From Candidatus Staskawiczbacteria bacterium RIFCSPHIGHO2_02_FULL_42_22 (GTDB lineage Bacteria; Patescibacteriota; Minisyncoccia; Minisyncoccales; Staskawiczbacteraceae): a stretch of 58,303 bases of DNA. Both the position numbers and the translations under genes were made by a program. The notes below the pieces were generated by a model. It was given only the letters and a program-made list of their open reading frames with translations. It had not been told where the DNA came from and ran no database searches. The stretch covers positions 15,401 to 73,703 of the forward strand of contig MHOT01000018.1 of NCBI GenBank assembly GCA_001820175.1. Direction: 5' to 3'. Below are positions 57,584 through 58,303 of this stretch, one piece after another. Position 1 is the first letter of the stretch. Each line of letters begins with the position of its first letter.

Positions 57584-57757
57584 AACCGTGAATTACGAAA
57601 TGCCTTCGCAAGATTTTTTCTTAATTTTGAGCGAAAATTCGATAGAATTTTTTATCGTGGCCAAGGGCTACGATAAAAAATTATTGCGAATTTGCAGCCA
57701 AAATTAAGAAAAAAGATGCGAAAGTTATTTTATACGGGCATTTCGTAATTCACGGTT
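57584..57757. mobile_element. Family B element
   Basis: TIR AACCGTGAATTACGAAATGCC / GGCATTTCGTAATTCACGGTT. Confidence 0.85.
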
Positions 57758-57824
57758 CATAAAAAACCTCAGTTGTTTGAACTGAGGTCTGCCGTAATGA
57801 AAATTCCTTTCCAAGCATTCTTGT

Positions 57825-58000
57825 AGCTGTGAATTACGAAACCCCTCGGAGCTATTTTTTTCAGATTTTGAGCTAGAAATTTGATAGAATTTTTCGGCTT
57901 GCCCAAAGGGCCCGCCGAAAAATTATAGCAAATTTGTGGCCAAAATCTGGAAAAAAGAGCCCGAAACTCTTTTAACATGGGGGTTTCGTAATTCACAGCT
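57825..58000. mobile_element. Family B element carrying a family A-type core
   Basis: TIR AGCTGTGAATTACGAAACCCC / GGGGTTTCGTAATTCACAGCT; interior nearly identical to 52253-52330. Confidence 0.85.
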
Positions 58001-58075
58001 TGTAGGAGAAACCAGTAATGAAGGTGTTTCCGGAAAGTGCCGTTGTTTCTGGCGCTGTTCGGAAAGGGTCTTTAT

Positions 58076-58215
58076 CGTCATTGCGTAAAGTCGCCAGATT
58101 CATCCCGCCCGAAAGGCGGGAAAATCCCGACTCAGGATCCAGTAGGCGACGTGGCAATCTCTACTTTTGTGCGGGGATTGCTTCGCCCCGCCTGCTGGCG
58201 GGGCTCGCAATGACG
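58076..58215. repeat. Family D palindrome with a TAAAGTCGCC hairpin module
   Basis: CGTCATTGCG^TAAAGTCGCC...CTCGCAATGACG. Confidence 0.85.
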
Positions 58216-58254
58216 GTGGAGGAGATTGTTCTTGAACAGCGCCGTTGTTTCAGT

Positions 58255-58303
58255 GTAACCCCTCACACCCCACCGTCATTGCGTCAAGTCGCGAGAATTT
58301 CTA
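58255..58303. repeat. Shell plus family D left arm, cut by the window edge
   Basis: GTAACCCCTCACACC..CCGTCATTGCG^TCAAGTCGCGAG. Confidence 0.75.

Overview
A 58.3 kb bacterial chromosomal window in standard code 11. Gene content and style suggest a Patescibacteria/CPR (Parcubacteria-like) genome; this is inference, not verified. Housekeeping genes: uvrC, uvrA, groES-groEL, lemA, htpX, uppP, tRNA-Ser(GGA), dnaG-rpoD, bcp, a cold-shock gene, obgE, an ABC-F ATPase and an alkD-like gene. A ~4,600-aa surface protein carries an internal Hint domain that looks able to cleave only at its C-terminus. The most unusual signal is non-coding: an interlocking set of palindromic repeat families (labelled A-H here) that nest inside each other and sit in frame inside proteins. 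They share interchangeable cores and a 42-45 bp hairpin module found in four unrelated host repeats with no target duplication, and they show many compensatory base changes. No transposase is encoded in the window. Other leads are a PaaX/Cas2-like gene bracketed by 42-bp perfect palindromes, a 32-bp inverted repeat that pairs with the dnaG start codon, a ~240-nt rod-like RNA candidate, and boxA-like leaders on four accessory genes. No CRISPR array or rRNA was found. All coordinates and counts were read by eye, without database searches.
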